Source: Patescibacteria group bacterium
Lineage (GTDB): Bacteria > Patescibacteriota > Minisyncoccia > Ryanbacterales > GWA2-47-10b
DNA length: 64,000 bases
Reading direction: 5' to 3'
Assembly (NCBI GenBank): GCA_038064855.1
Contig: JBBTSE010000007.1
Location: 18,079 to 82,078, forward strand
Below the pieces are notes generated by a model. That model searched no databases and was not told the DNA's origin. It saw only the letters and a program-made list of their open reading frames with translations. Shown one piece after another: positions 1 through 8,167 of this stretch. The stretch's first letter is position 1. Every line of letters starts with the position of its first letter. The position numbers were made by a program, and so were the translations under genes.

Positions 1-1
1 G

Positions 2-439
2 ATTTGGCGCTATATCTTTTACCGTGTGCGTTCGCGTGAAGAAACGGAAGATATTGTGCAAAATGTATTTATCAAAGCATTTGCGTCGGTAGGCCGTTTT
101 GAACAGCAAAAAGTAGATCCGCTCGCGTACTTTTACACAATCGCACGCAATACCTTGATCGATTATTGGCGCAAGAAAAAAGATATACCCATCGAGCATG
201 CGGCTCTCATCCGTGACAATGATGCCGATCCGCATGAGTTGGTATCGAAGATGGAAAATCATACGCTCGCGCACAAAGCGATCGCAAAGCTCGAGGGCGA
301 TCAACGCGAAGTAATCGTACTCCGGTTTATCAACGATATGTCGGTACGCGAGACAGCGCATATCATGGGCAAGTCAGAGGCCGCGGTGCGTCAAATGCAG
401 CTACGGGCTCTCAAAACATTGCGAGGACATTTTACTTAA
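2..439 (+). CDS. ECF-type sigma-70 family RNA polymerase sigma factor (5'-truncated by window edge)
   Basis: Frame open from position 2; region 2 (EDIVQNVFIKAF, YFYTIARNTLIDYWRK) and region 4 (QREVIVLRF, ETAHIMGKSEAAVRQMQLRA). Confidence 0.93.
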   Translation: MWRYIFYRVRSREETEDIVQNVFIKAFASVGRFEQQKVDPLAYFYTIARNTLIDYWRKKKDIPIEHAALIRDNDADPHELVSKMENHTLAHKAIAKLEGDQREVIVLRFINDMSVRETAHIMGKSEAAVRQMQLRALKTLRGHFT

Positions 440-444
440 AAAAT

Positions 445-1134
445 ATGAACAAGCAGACAAATCACAACCCGATGACAGAGACAGAGCTCGATACCGCATT
501 GAGTCTCTTTGAGTCGGGCGCATCTCCCGAAGATATTATTAAAAAATTCTCTGGACACAAAGAAGAAATCGTGGGTGTTTTGCGTATGATGAGTGCTATC
601 GCGCGCGATGCTGATGCCACCGTGCCACCAAAAGAATTTCTTTCTTCGATCATAGAGAATGTCACAGAAAAGAATTCCACTCGTTATTCAAAGCGAGGGG
701 TATTCTCCTCTATTACTAGCTCACTGACATATGCATTTGATGTCGTTTCGGTACACGCACGCATCGCGGTACCAGTAGCGGCCATGGCTCTTCTGCTTGT
801 GATATTTACGGCGAACCGCCCGGGTGATCCGGCGCAAGCGCCAGAAATCTCACAAGACGGCAGGACGCTTTCGCAGGTTGCAGATGAAGGCATCTTGGTG
901 TCCGAGTATGGCGACGCCGCCGGTGTCGCTATGAAATCAGGGGTAGCACCCCAGATGATGGCGATGCAGGCAGCGCCACCTGCTACTGGCAACGCTGATG
1001 ATGCAGTATCAGCATTCGCCGAGAGTTTCTCGGAAGAAGAGGCGATGTTTGCTGCCGGTGACGCTGATATCGCGGCATTTATTGCAGATGATGGTGCATA
1101 TGCATACAAAAACTTTTATGAACAAGAACTATAA
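445..1134 (+). CDS. Putative anti-sigma factor, single-pass membrane protein
   Basis: 5 bp downstream of the ECF sigma; N-terminal helical domain, one TM (IAVPVAAMALLLVIF), acidic Ala-rich C-terminus. Confidence 0.6.
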   Translation: MNKQTNHNPMTETELDTALSLFESGASPEDIIKKFSGHKEEIVGVLRMMSAIARDADATVPPKEFLSSIIENVTEKNSTRYSKRGVFSSITSSLTYAFDVVSVHARIAVPVAAMALLLVIFTANRPGDPAQAPEISQDGRTLSQVADEGILVSEYGDAAGVAMKSGVAPQMMAMQAAPPATGNADDAVSAFAESFSEEEAMFAAGDADIAAFIADDGAYAYKNFYEQEL

Positions 1135-1870
1135 AACAACTCAATATATCGCAGCAACGCTTGTAGCATTGACGCTCGCAGGGCCTTTGAGCGTTGCAGC
1201 ACAAACCGCAACCTCAACATCTAACGGCAAAGATTTTTGCGATCGTGTTGGTACGATTTCAACCAATCTCGAAAAGCGCATTAGCAATAGAGAAGATCAG
1301 TTTCGCCGACTCAAAGATAATCGTTTAGAGACATTTTTGAAACACGCGTCATCGACCATGGAGCGTCTTGATACTACGCGCGATAAATGGGATGACAATC
1401 GTAAAGAGCATTATGCGAAGTTACTCGAGCGCGCGGATACCGATGCCAAAAAACAGGCGGTAGAAAAGTTTCGCGCAGCGATGGATGCGGCAACCGCAAA
1501 GCGCCGCGCAGCTATCGATGCTGCACTCAAAACTTTTCAGACTGATGTAAAGAGCATGATTGGTTCACGCAAGGGCGGTCTTGAGAAAGCGGCGGCTGAT
1601 TTCCGCGCTTCAGAACAAGCGGCCATCAAACAAGCAAAAGATGCCTGCTTGTCAGGTAAGCAGATCAAAGATGTGCGTCAGACGCTTAACAAAAAACTTC
1701 AGACTATGCAGCGTAGTTTTGAGGGCGATCGTCGTGATGCCAATCGATTGGGCGTCGGTCTCGACGGACTCGCGCGCAAACGCCAAGAGGCATTTCGTGA
1801 AGCTCGTGAGGCATACGAGAGTGCAGCACGCAAAGCACGCCAAGAATTGAAAGTAGTACTCGGCGCATAA
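1118..1870 (+). CDS. Secreted long alpha-helical/coiled-coil protein
   Basis: ATG at 1118 overlaps the upstream gene; signal peptide ending SVAA-Q; K/R/E/A-rich helical body with two Cys. Confidence 0.75.
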   Translation: MNKNYKTTQYIAATLVALTLAGPLSVAAQTATSTSNGKDFCDRVGTISTNLEKRISNREDQFRRLKDNRLETFLKHASSTMERLDTTRDKWDDNRKEHYAKLLERADTDAKKQAVEKFRAAMDAATAKRRAAIDAALKTFQTDVKSMIGSRKGGLEKAAADFRASEQAAIKQAKDACLSGKQIKDVRQTLNKKLQTMQRSFEGDRRDANRLGVGLDGLARKRQEAFREAREAYESAARKARQELKVVLGA

Positions 1871-1884
1871 ATCATATACAAATG

Positions 1885-1919
1885 AAAAGGTCCCGCACCA
1901 TGGTGGTGGGGGACTTTTA
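1885..1919. terminator. Probable bidirectional intrinsic terminator
   Basis: AAAAGGTCCC-GCACCA...TGGTG-GGGGACTTTT imperfect hairpin between convergent genes. Confidence 0.6.
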
Positions 1920-1921
1920 TG

Positions 1922-2020
1922 TCAGTGGCGATCGCGGCGATATCGAATCTCTGTACAGCAGAGAGCTGATGTGACGGCAAGCACCAATCCAATGGAGCCG
2001 AGTACGATGACAAAATTCAT
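1922..2020 (-). CDS. Small membrane peptide, 32 aa (MNFVIVLGSIGLVLAVTSALCCTEIRYRRDRH)
   Basis: Manual translation; purine-rich SD-like AAGAAGGGGG upstream; hydrophobic helix plus basic tail; stops at the terminator. Confidence 0.55.
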   Translation of the reverse strand: MNFVIVLGSIGLVLAVTSALCCTEIRYRRDRH

Positions 2021-2144
2021 AAACGCCCCCTTCTTTCTTAACTGTGGCACGAGTAGGAAAGTTTTTCAAAAACCCTGTGCATATTGACTTATAAAGAAAT
2101 AGTGGTGTGGTAGCTATCGAACGGTAGCTCTTAGGGAGGATAGG

Positions 2145-2471
2145 ATGAAGCAAAAACCTGTCTATACATGGTATGTCGAGCCGCTCCGTGCGCATACCAA
2201 TGAAGTCATCGCGCGCGAGCTCGGAGACGACATCTTTCTCGAGCGCAATGTGCGCTGTGAGGACGGTATTCTGCGTACACTCTGGCGTTGCGACTACGCA
2301 TTCGTGGCGCGCCTCCAGCAAAGCAAGCAGAGCCTGCAGATCGAGTTTCGCGTCTTCAACAAGCGCGGAAAGCATGGGGCAGTGCGCCTTTGGCACTTTA
2401 CTAGGTCACGCAAGGCGGCGGCCACGACCCGACGCAAGCTCGATATCATCCGCAAGAGGCGGGCCTCCTAG
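2145..2471 (+). CDS. Hypothetical basic protein
   Basis: Strong SD (AGGGAGGA), GC3-rich codons, own terminator. Confidence 0.7.
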   Translation: MKQKPVYTWYVEPLRAHTNEVIARELGDDIFLERNVRCEDGILRTLWRCDYAFVARLQQSKQSLQIEFRVFNKRGKHGAVRLWHFTRSRKAAATTRRKLDIIRKRRAS

Positions 2472-2489
2472 ACATAAGAGGCCCTTTTT
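2461..2489 (+). terminator. Intrinsic terminator
   Basis: GGGCCTC-loop-GAGGCCC followed by TTTTT. Confidence 0.7.
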
Positions 2490-2591
2490 CATACTTTGTT
2501 GGCTTTTATAAATGCGAGTATACTGGAGATAGGTTACTTTCATTATTAAAGGTCGGTTTTTTATCAGAACCTTTCTCTATAACTTTATCTA

Positions 2592-2813
2592 ATGAAAGCG
2601 CTTCACATGGTTGCGTTTATCCTCTTGGTTGTGGGCGGTCTTAATTGGGGGCTTTACCTTTTCGGCTTCGAGGTTGGCGCAAAATTTTTAGGCGGTATGG
2701 ATTCAACTCCTGCCAAAGCGGTCTACGCGCTCGTCGCACTCTCAGCAGTCTTTGAGCTTGTCACGCACAAGTCATCCTGCAAGATGTGCAACAGCAGTTC
2801 GCAGACAATGTAA
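2592..2813 (+). CDS. DUF378 family small membrane protein
   Basis: LLVVGGLNWGL...VYALVALSA pattern; C-terminal HKxxCKxC. Confidence 0.85.
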   Translation: MKALHMVAFILLVVGGLNWGLYLFGFEVGAKFLGGMDSTPAKAVYALVALSAVFELVTHKSSCKMCNSSSQTM

Positions 2814-2878
2814 CCTTGTACGAAAACACTCGGCACTACCCCCGAGTGTTTTTGTTTTGCTGTGATATGATAGCGGGT

Positions 2879-3508
2879 ATGCAACGCATACAGCCACGCC
2901 CACCGGTAGTAACAGCATTTGCGTTATTGTTCAGTATCATATTCCTCGCGTTTATTTTTTCGCGTACCTCGTTTGCTATTGTACAAGCGCTTGAGCAGTT
3001 TGGTTTTATACCAGAAAAAATGCTTTCGGTCGGTGAATGGTACCGTATCGTTTCGTCGCTCGGTATACACGAAAATAGTATGTTTCTTGCAGTTGAGGTG
3101 CTTTTCTTGCTTGTACTTGGCGGGCCGTTTGAAAAGAGACAAGGCGCACAACATTTTTTAGTAGTATTTATGGGCGCGTCGCTTGTGTCGTTTATTGCCT
3201 TTAGTTTGTTTGCATGGGGGCAAGGACTTGTGCTGACGGGGTCATTTGCTGGCATTGGTGGAGTTGTAGGCGCATGGGTTGCTGAGACACATGGTCGTAA
3301 GCGAGTTTCTCATTATGGCAATGTAGTCGTAAGAGACTTTGAAGAGTTACCAGCACTTTTGGTTTTAGCATTGTGGCTCTTTGTGATCTTCGTGCTTTCC
3401 ATACTGTTTTCAGCCGATTTTTTCATCTATTTCTCGGCTGTATGCATAGCTACATTTGCGGGGGGCGTAATCCACTTTGCGTTCACGCCAAAGCGCGGTA
3501 AACTATAG
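2879..3508 (+). CDS. Rhomboid-family membrane protein with degenerate catalytic motifs
   Basis: PPVVT start, FGFIP, WYRIVSS (WR motif), six TM segments; GASG replaced by GSFA; no TM6 His. Confidence 0.7.
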   Translation: MQRIQPRPPVVTAFALLFSIIFLAFIFSRTSFAIVQALEQFGFIPEKMLSVGEWYRIVSSLGIHENSMFLAVEVLFLLVLGGPFEKRQGAQHFLVVFMGASLVSFIAFSLFAWGQGLVLTGSFAGIGGVVGAWVAETHGRKRVSHYGNVVVRDFEELPALLVLALWLFVIFVLSILFSADFFIYFSAVCIATFAGGVIHFAFTPKRGKL

Positions 3509-3510
3509 AT

Positions 3511-4074
3511 ATGAATTCAAAAATTCTTTTAGGCATTGTCGCTCTCGGTATCGTCGTCGTAGGATTTTTCTTGTTCGCATGCGAAGATGATTGGTGCATG
3601 GTATTTGCGTGGCAAAAGGTGCAGGCGGTAAATACTTTTGATGATTGCGTTCGCCTCGGGTTTCCAGTCTCCGAATCATATCCACCACAATGTCATGCGG
3701 GTTCAAAGTCATTTGCCAAAGATGTCGGCAACGAGATCGATAAGATCGATTTAATTCGTATCAATTGGCCGCGTCCCGGTAGCGCTATCAAAAAGGGTGT
3801 GCCCTTGTTGGTCAAAGGAGAGGCGCGTGGCAATTGGTTTTTTGAAGCATCGTTTCCCATTGTACTCAAAGATGGCAACGGCGCTGTCCTTGCCGAAGGT
3901 GTCGCGCAAGCAGAGGGCGAGTGGATGACCACTCAGTTCGTGCCGTATGTGGCGACTCTCGCGTTTTCAGGTACACCCACGACAAACAATGGCACGCTCA
4001 CATTGCATAAAGACAATCCTTCAGGTATGCCTGAACATGATGACGCGCTCGTCATTCCACTTACCTTTGAGTAG
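3511..4074 (+). CDS. Gmad2 immunoglobulin-like domain protein
   Basis: N-terminal TM; FDDCxxxGFPVxESYPPQC; GEARGNWFFEASFP...WMTT...KDNPSG. Confidence 0.85.
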   Translation: MNSKILLGIVALGIVVVGFFLFACEDDWCMVFAWQKVQAVNTFDDCVRLGFPVSESYPPQCHAGSKSFAKDVGNEIDKIDLIRINWPRPGSAIKKGVPLLVKGEARGNWFFEASFPIVLKDGNGAVLAEGVAQAEGEWMTTQFVPYVATLAFSGTPTTNNGTLTLHKDNPSGMPEHDDALVIPLTFE

Positions 4075-4780
4075 AAAACACCGGTTTATCGGTTCGTTTA
4101 ATCTTGCAGATTCTCATCTTCTTGTACGCGATGGGGCATTTTTCAATCAGTGCAAAAATGTATTGCGTCTGCGGGAAGGCCAAGAGATTGTTTTGGGTGA
4201 TGGCAAGGGTAGCGAGGCGCGCGCGAAGATACTCGCATATGGAACGCGTTCGGTGTCTGTTGAGCTTCTGGATCGTGCGACCGTCACGCGCGAAGTGCCC
4301 ATCGAGGCGACGCTCTACGCATCAATGCTCAAACATGAACACTTTGAATTTGTCGTCCAGAAGGCGACCGAGGCGGGGATCGCGCGCATCGTGCCTATTG
4401 AGTCCGCGCGTACGGTAAAAAAAGGTATGAAGCGAGCGCGTCTCGAGACGATTATGCGCGAGGCCTCCGAACAGTCTGGTAGAGCACATACGCCGGTACT
4501 TGAAGATATGATGACTTTTGGCGAAGCTCTCGACGCGGCAAAAGCGGCAGGGCGCGTAGTTTTTTTTGATAGCTCTGGTATTGCGCTTACCGATATACCT
4601 ACCGCAAAAAAAGGTACTTCGATAGCGTTGTTTGTAGGCCCCGAAGGAGGTTGGGACGCCCAAGAACTGGCAGGCGCGCATGATGCCGGGTGCGTCATCG
4701 CAAGCTTGGGAGGATTAGTATTGCGCGCAGAGACTGCCGCTACTATCGCCGTCTATCTGGGCGCGCACGGACTTTTATGA
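4067..4780 (+). CDS. rsmE: 16S rRNA m3U1498 methyltransferase RsmE
   Basis: VLRL, QKATExG, EASEQSGR, VGPEGGW, LRAETA; TTG start at 4067. Confidence 0.95.
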   Translation: MSRKHRFIGSFNLADSHLLVRDGAFFNQCKNVLRLREGQEIVLGDGKGSEARAKILAYGTRSVSVELLDRATVTREVPIEATLYASMLKHEHFEFVVQKATEAGIARIVPIESARTVKKGMKRARLETIMREASEQSGRAHTPVLEDMMTFGEALDAAKAAGRVVFFDSSGIALTDIPTAKKGTSIALFVGPEGGWDAQELAGAHDAGCVIASLGGLVLRAETAATIAVYLGAHGLL

Positions 4781-5826
4781 ACAGTGCCGATTTGAGTCGG
4801 TATGAGTATCGTCTACCTGAATCATTGGTCGCGCGGCGACCCGCGAGCGTACGCGATCGCTCCAAGTTATTTATATATGACACGGTGACTGACACGATCG
4901 CGTTCGATACATTTCATAATATCGCACAGTATTTGCCTGCGAAAACATTGCTTGTGCTTAACGAGACCAAAGTAGTGCCAGCGCGCCTCTCGCTCACCAA
5001 AGAGACAGGCGGTAAGGTGATAGCGTTATTACTTATCAATGAATGGCAAGGGCACGGGTCTCTTAGGGCGCTTGTTGATCGTAAGGTGACGGTCGGTCAG
5101 ATACTGCGTGCCGATGCGCGGCATTTTTTCAAAGTAGTAGATCAAAAAGATAAAATCTTTTTTCTCAAGCCAAGTATTTCGCGTGACGCGCTCATCGGGT
5201 TTTTGCAGCGCGCGGGTGAGACGCCAATACCAAAGTATCTTGCAGGCGGCAATATGTCCGAGCGTGTACTGCGTGAGCGATATCAAAGTGTGTTTGCAAA
5301 GCAGGCCGCGTCAGTCGCCGCCCCTACCGCGTCACTGCATTTTACTCCGAATGTTTTTACTTCACTCAAAAAAAAGCATATTGAATCAGCTCGTATAGCG
5401 CTCCATGTAGGTATGGGCACCTTTGCGCCATTTGGCGAGCGCGAGCTACGCACCAAAAAACTATTTACTGAATATTATGAGATATCATCAGAGGCCGCGC
5501 GCCGCATCACTACTCAAAAGAAAAGCGGCTATCCCACCATCGCGGTAGGCACTACCGCTGTGCGAGCGCTCGAGAGTGCGGCGCGCGCAGGTGCTCTACG
5601 AGCTGGCAACGGCGCTACTGATATTTTTATCTACCCGCCATTTCGATTTCGTATTATTGACGGGCTGATTACAAATTTTCATTTACCCCAATCATCACTC
5701 ATGTTGCTTGTTGATGCATTGTTGCAGCACAAGCGTGCAAAACGTCGTATCGCGGATTTGTATAAAATCGCTATACGCAAAAAGTTTAGGTTCTATTCAT
5801 TTGGTGATGCGATGCTGATCCGATAG
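4777..5826 (+). CDS. queA: S-adenosylmethionine:tRNA ribosyltransferase-isomerase QueA
   Basis: NETKVVPARL, VAAPTASLHFT, LHVGMGTF, AVGTTAVRALES, TNFHLPQSS, FYSFGDAMLI. Confidence 0.97.
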   Translation: MNSADLSRYEYRLPESLVARRPASVRDRSKLFIYDTVTDTIAFDTFHNIAQYLPAKTLLVLNETKVVPARLSLTKETGGKVIALLLINEWQGHGSLRALVDRKVTVGQILRADARHFFKVVDQKDKIFFLKPSISRDALIGFLQRAGETPIPKYLAGGNMSERVLRERYQSVFAKQAASVAAPTASLHFTPNVFTSLKKKHIESARIALHVGMGTFAPFGERELRTKKLFTEYYEISSEAARRITTQKKSGYPTIAVGTTAVRALESAARAGALRAGNGATDIFIYPPFRFRIIDGLITNFHLPQSSLMLLVDALLQHKRAKRRIADLYKIAIRKKFRFYSFGDAMLIR

Positions 5827-5894
5827 AGGGCTCGCCTTTACTGTTTATCCGTGGTATAATCGCAAAAGGTTTGTTCCTAACCAAGGAGGTATAG

Positions 5895-6815
5895 ATGCAG
5901 GCTTTAGGTCGTACGCAGGTATTGCCACGCCGAGGAGGGCGCGAGCACTGGCCTGACGGATCGCAGGAGCGACAAGTTGAGCGGTTCTATAGCACGGGTG
6001 GCGATAGCTACCACGATGTGCGCGGGGGATTTCTGTCGTTTGGCCTTCGCACGCGCGTCGGCATGACCTACGAGGAAGCCACCCTTGAAGAGGCTTACTA
6101 CATGGGTAAACTCGCCGAGTTTACGCGCCAGAGCATCGTGCTCGATGTGGGCTTCGGCAATGGAACCCAAGACATCGTCTGGCTCGAGCGCTGGGCGCCT
6201 GATCGGATCGTGGGGATCGATGTGACCTATGCCCACGTGCGCCGCGCGCAAGAACGCGCCGCACGGATGGGCGTACCCGAGACCAAGATGATGTTTCAGC
6301 ATGGGAGTGCTACGGCACTTTCGTTCTCTGAGGCGTCGTTCACTCACGTCATCGGGCTCGAGTCTCCGCCTCATTTTGATACGCGGGAACGCTTCTTTCA
6401 CGAAGCGTATCGTGTGCTCAAGCCGGGCGGACGAATCGTGCTCGCTGACTACTCGCTCGAGCGCGATCCCGCAACCTTCTTTGAGCGCATGCTGGTGCGG
6501 CAAGGTGCTCGCCTCTGGCATGTGCCGGAGAAAAACATCTACGGGCGCGATGGATACATTCGCCGTCTTCGTAACGCGGGTTTCTACAAGATTCATGTCG
6601 AGCGCCGTGGGGCTGATGTGATTCCCGGCTACGTCGCCGATCATCGCCAGTCAGAAGCTTTGTGGCAGACCATGAAGGTGAGGGGTTTTTGGCAGGGCGT
6701 CGTGGGTGGATCGATCATCGATACCGCAGTACTCAAACTCTACGAGCGAGGACTCCTCGAGTACATCTTTGTCACAGCAGAGAAGCCTCCAATCAAGGAT
6801 GGCGAGGCCGTCTGA
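5895..6815 (+). CDS. Class I SAM-dependent small-molecule methyltransferase (sterol/tocopherol/natural-product MTase-like)
   Basis: VLDVGFGNG motif I, GIDVT, ESPPHF, EAYRVLKPGG; SD AGGAGGT. Confidence 0.9.
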   Translation: MQALGRTQVLPRRGGREHWPDGSQERQVERFYSTGGDSYHDVRGGFLSFGLRTRVGMTYEEATLEEAYYMGKLAEFTRQSIVLDVGFGNGTQDIVWLERWAPDRIVGIDVTYAHVRRAQERAARMGVPETKMMFQHGSATALSFSEASFTHVIGLESPPHFDTRERFFHEAYRVLKPGGRIVLADYSLERDPATFFERMLVRQGARLWHVPEKNIYGRDGYIRRLRNAGFYKIHVERRGADVIPGYVADHRQSEALWQTMKVRGFWQGVVGGSIIDTAVLKLYERGLLEYIFVTAEKPPIKDGEAV

Positions 6816-6825
6816 CGACAATCAT

Positions 6826-6862
6826 CACCAGTTTCCCGCAGGGGAGCTGGTGTTTTTCTTTT
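6826..6862 (+). terminator. Intrinsic terminator
   Basis: CACCAGTTTCCC-GCA-GGGGAGCTGGTG plus T-tract. Confidence 0.85.
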
Positions 6863-6882
6863 TAATCAAGAACAATACAAAT

Positions 6883-7485
6883 ATGTTTGCTGTACCATTT
6901 GAATCGATTTTGCAGGCGCTTGGGTATCTGGGCGTTTTCTTGCTGATGATCGCCAATGGTTTTATTAGCTTTCCGTCGAGTCAGATTTTATATATCGTCG
7001 CCGGGTATTTCGTATCACTCGGTCATCTCAATATTATCTTCGTCTCTCTTATTGGAGCGCTTGGTAATACGATCGGCAATATCATGCTCTACGAAGTGGT
7101 GCGAGCGTATGGTCTTTCGTACATTACCAAATGGGCGATGTTCCCCGAACGCGAGGTCAAAAAAGTAGTCATCGCATTTCGCAGGCGTGGCGCGTGGTTT
7201 TTATTTTTGGCAAAGATGCTCCCAGCCATCAAAGTGTTCGCACCTATTCCTGCAGGCTTATCTCATATGAACCGCGCGCTCTTTGTACCGATTATTTTTG
7301 TGTCATCGTGGTTGTGGTCACTTATCTTTTTGGCTATTGGGTATTTCTTTGGCAAAACGGAAGATATTTTCGGCGCGTACGCATTGGTGCTTTCGCTCGT
7401 AGCACTCGTTGTCGTAGGTATTTTCTATAAGTATATGAACAGCAAAGAGGTGATTGAAGCTCTGGAAAAAGAAAGCCGCCACTAG
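6883..7485 (+). CDS. DedA family membrane protein
   Basis: GYLGVFLLM...PSSQIL...AGY, GALGNTIG, FRRRG...PAGLSHM. Confidence 0.9.
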   Translation: MFAVPFESILQALGYLGVFLLMIANGFISFPSSQILYIVAGYFVSLGHLNIIFVSLIGALGNTIGNIMLYEVVRAYGLSYITKWAMFPEREVKKVVIAFRRRGAWFLFLAKMLPAIKVFAPIPAGLSHMNRALFVPIIFVSSWLWSLIFLAIGYFFGKTEDIFGAYALVLSLVALVVVGIFYKYMNSKEVIEALEKESRH

Positions 7486-7709
7486 GTGGGTGGCGGGCTG
7501 TGATGCTGGCGAAAGTTTTCGCGCGTGGTGATGGTGCGCTCGAGTTTGCACGATAGGCAACGCTCGCGCGTGCGGACCTCGTCCCACTTCGCGTAGAGGC
7601 GGCCGAGCCCTGCGATCTCCGAATCTTCGGCGTGGCTGATGCGTTGCATGGAGACGACGCGCATATCGTGATAGCCGTTGGGCGAGCACGGTTTTTTGGT
7701 TCTCATCAT
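7482..7709 (-). CDS. Small hypothetical protein, possible zinc ribbon
   Basis: C-x5-H and CLSC; SD AAGGGAG; GC3-rich codons. Confidence 0.55.
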   Translation of the reverse strand: MMRTKKPCSPNGYHDMRVVSMQRISHAEDSEIAGLGRLYAKWDEVRTRERCLSCKLERTITTRENFRQHHSPPPT

Positions 7710-7812
7710 GTACTCCCTTCTTTTCTATTCGTAAGATTTTTTGACTAAAAAGTCAATCTCTTGCATAATTTCTTCTTTGCCCGTTTTTCTAGGTCATGCA
7801 ATACTATAAGTA

Positions 7813-8151
7813 ATGACCGAGTCACTCCTCGATAAAAAATGTGCGCCGTGCGAAGGCGGTACCCAGCCACTTACGCGCGAGCAGGCGATACGCCAAGTCT
7901 CCGATCTCCGTGCGACATGGGACCTTTCATCCGATGCTCTTAAAATAAGTTGTATATTTGAGTTCGGTACATTTCGTGACGCCATCGGATTTGTGAATAA
8001 AGTAGCGGATTTAGCTGAACATGAAGGACATCATCCTGATATTCATATATCATATAGTATAGTGACCATTGAGCTTTGGACGCATGCCATCAAAGGCCTT
8101 TCGGAAAATGATTTTATTCTCGCGGCTAAAATAGAACATTTGTTGGGATAG
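7813..8151 (+). CDS. Pterin-4-alpha-carbinolamine dehydratase
   Basis: CAPCEGG, AEHEGHHPDI, WTHAIKGLSENDFILAAKI. Confidence 0.95.
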   Translation: MTESLLDKKCAPCEGGTQPLTREQAIRQVSDLRATWDLSSDALKISCIFEFGTFRDAIGFVNKVADLAEHEGHHPDIHISYSIVTIELWTHAIKGLSENDFILAAKIEHLLG

Positions 8152-8167
8152 AGGTATACTAAAGTTA

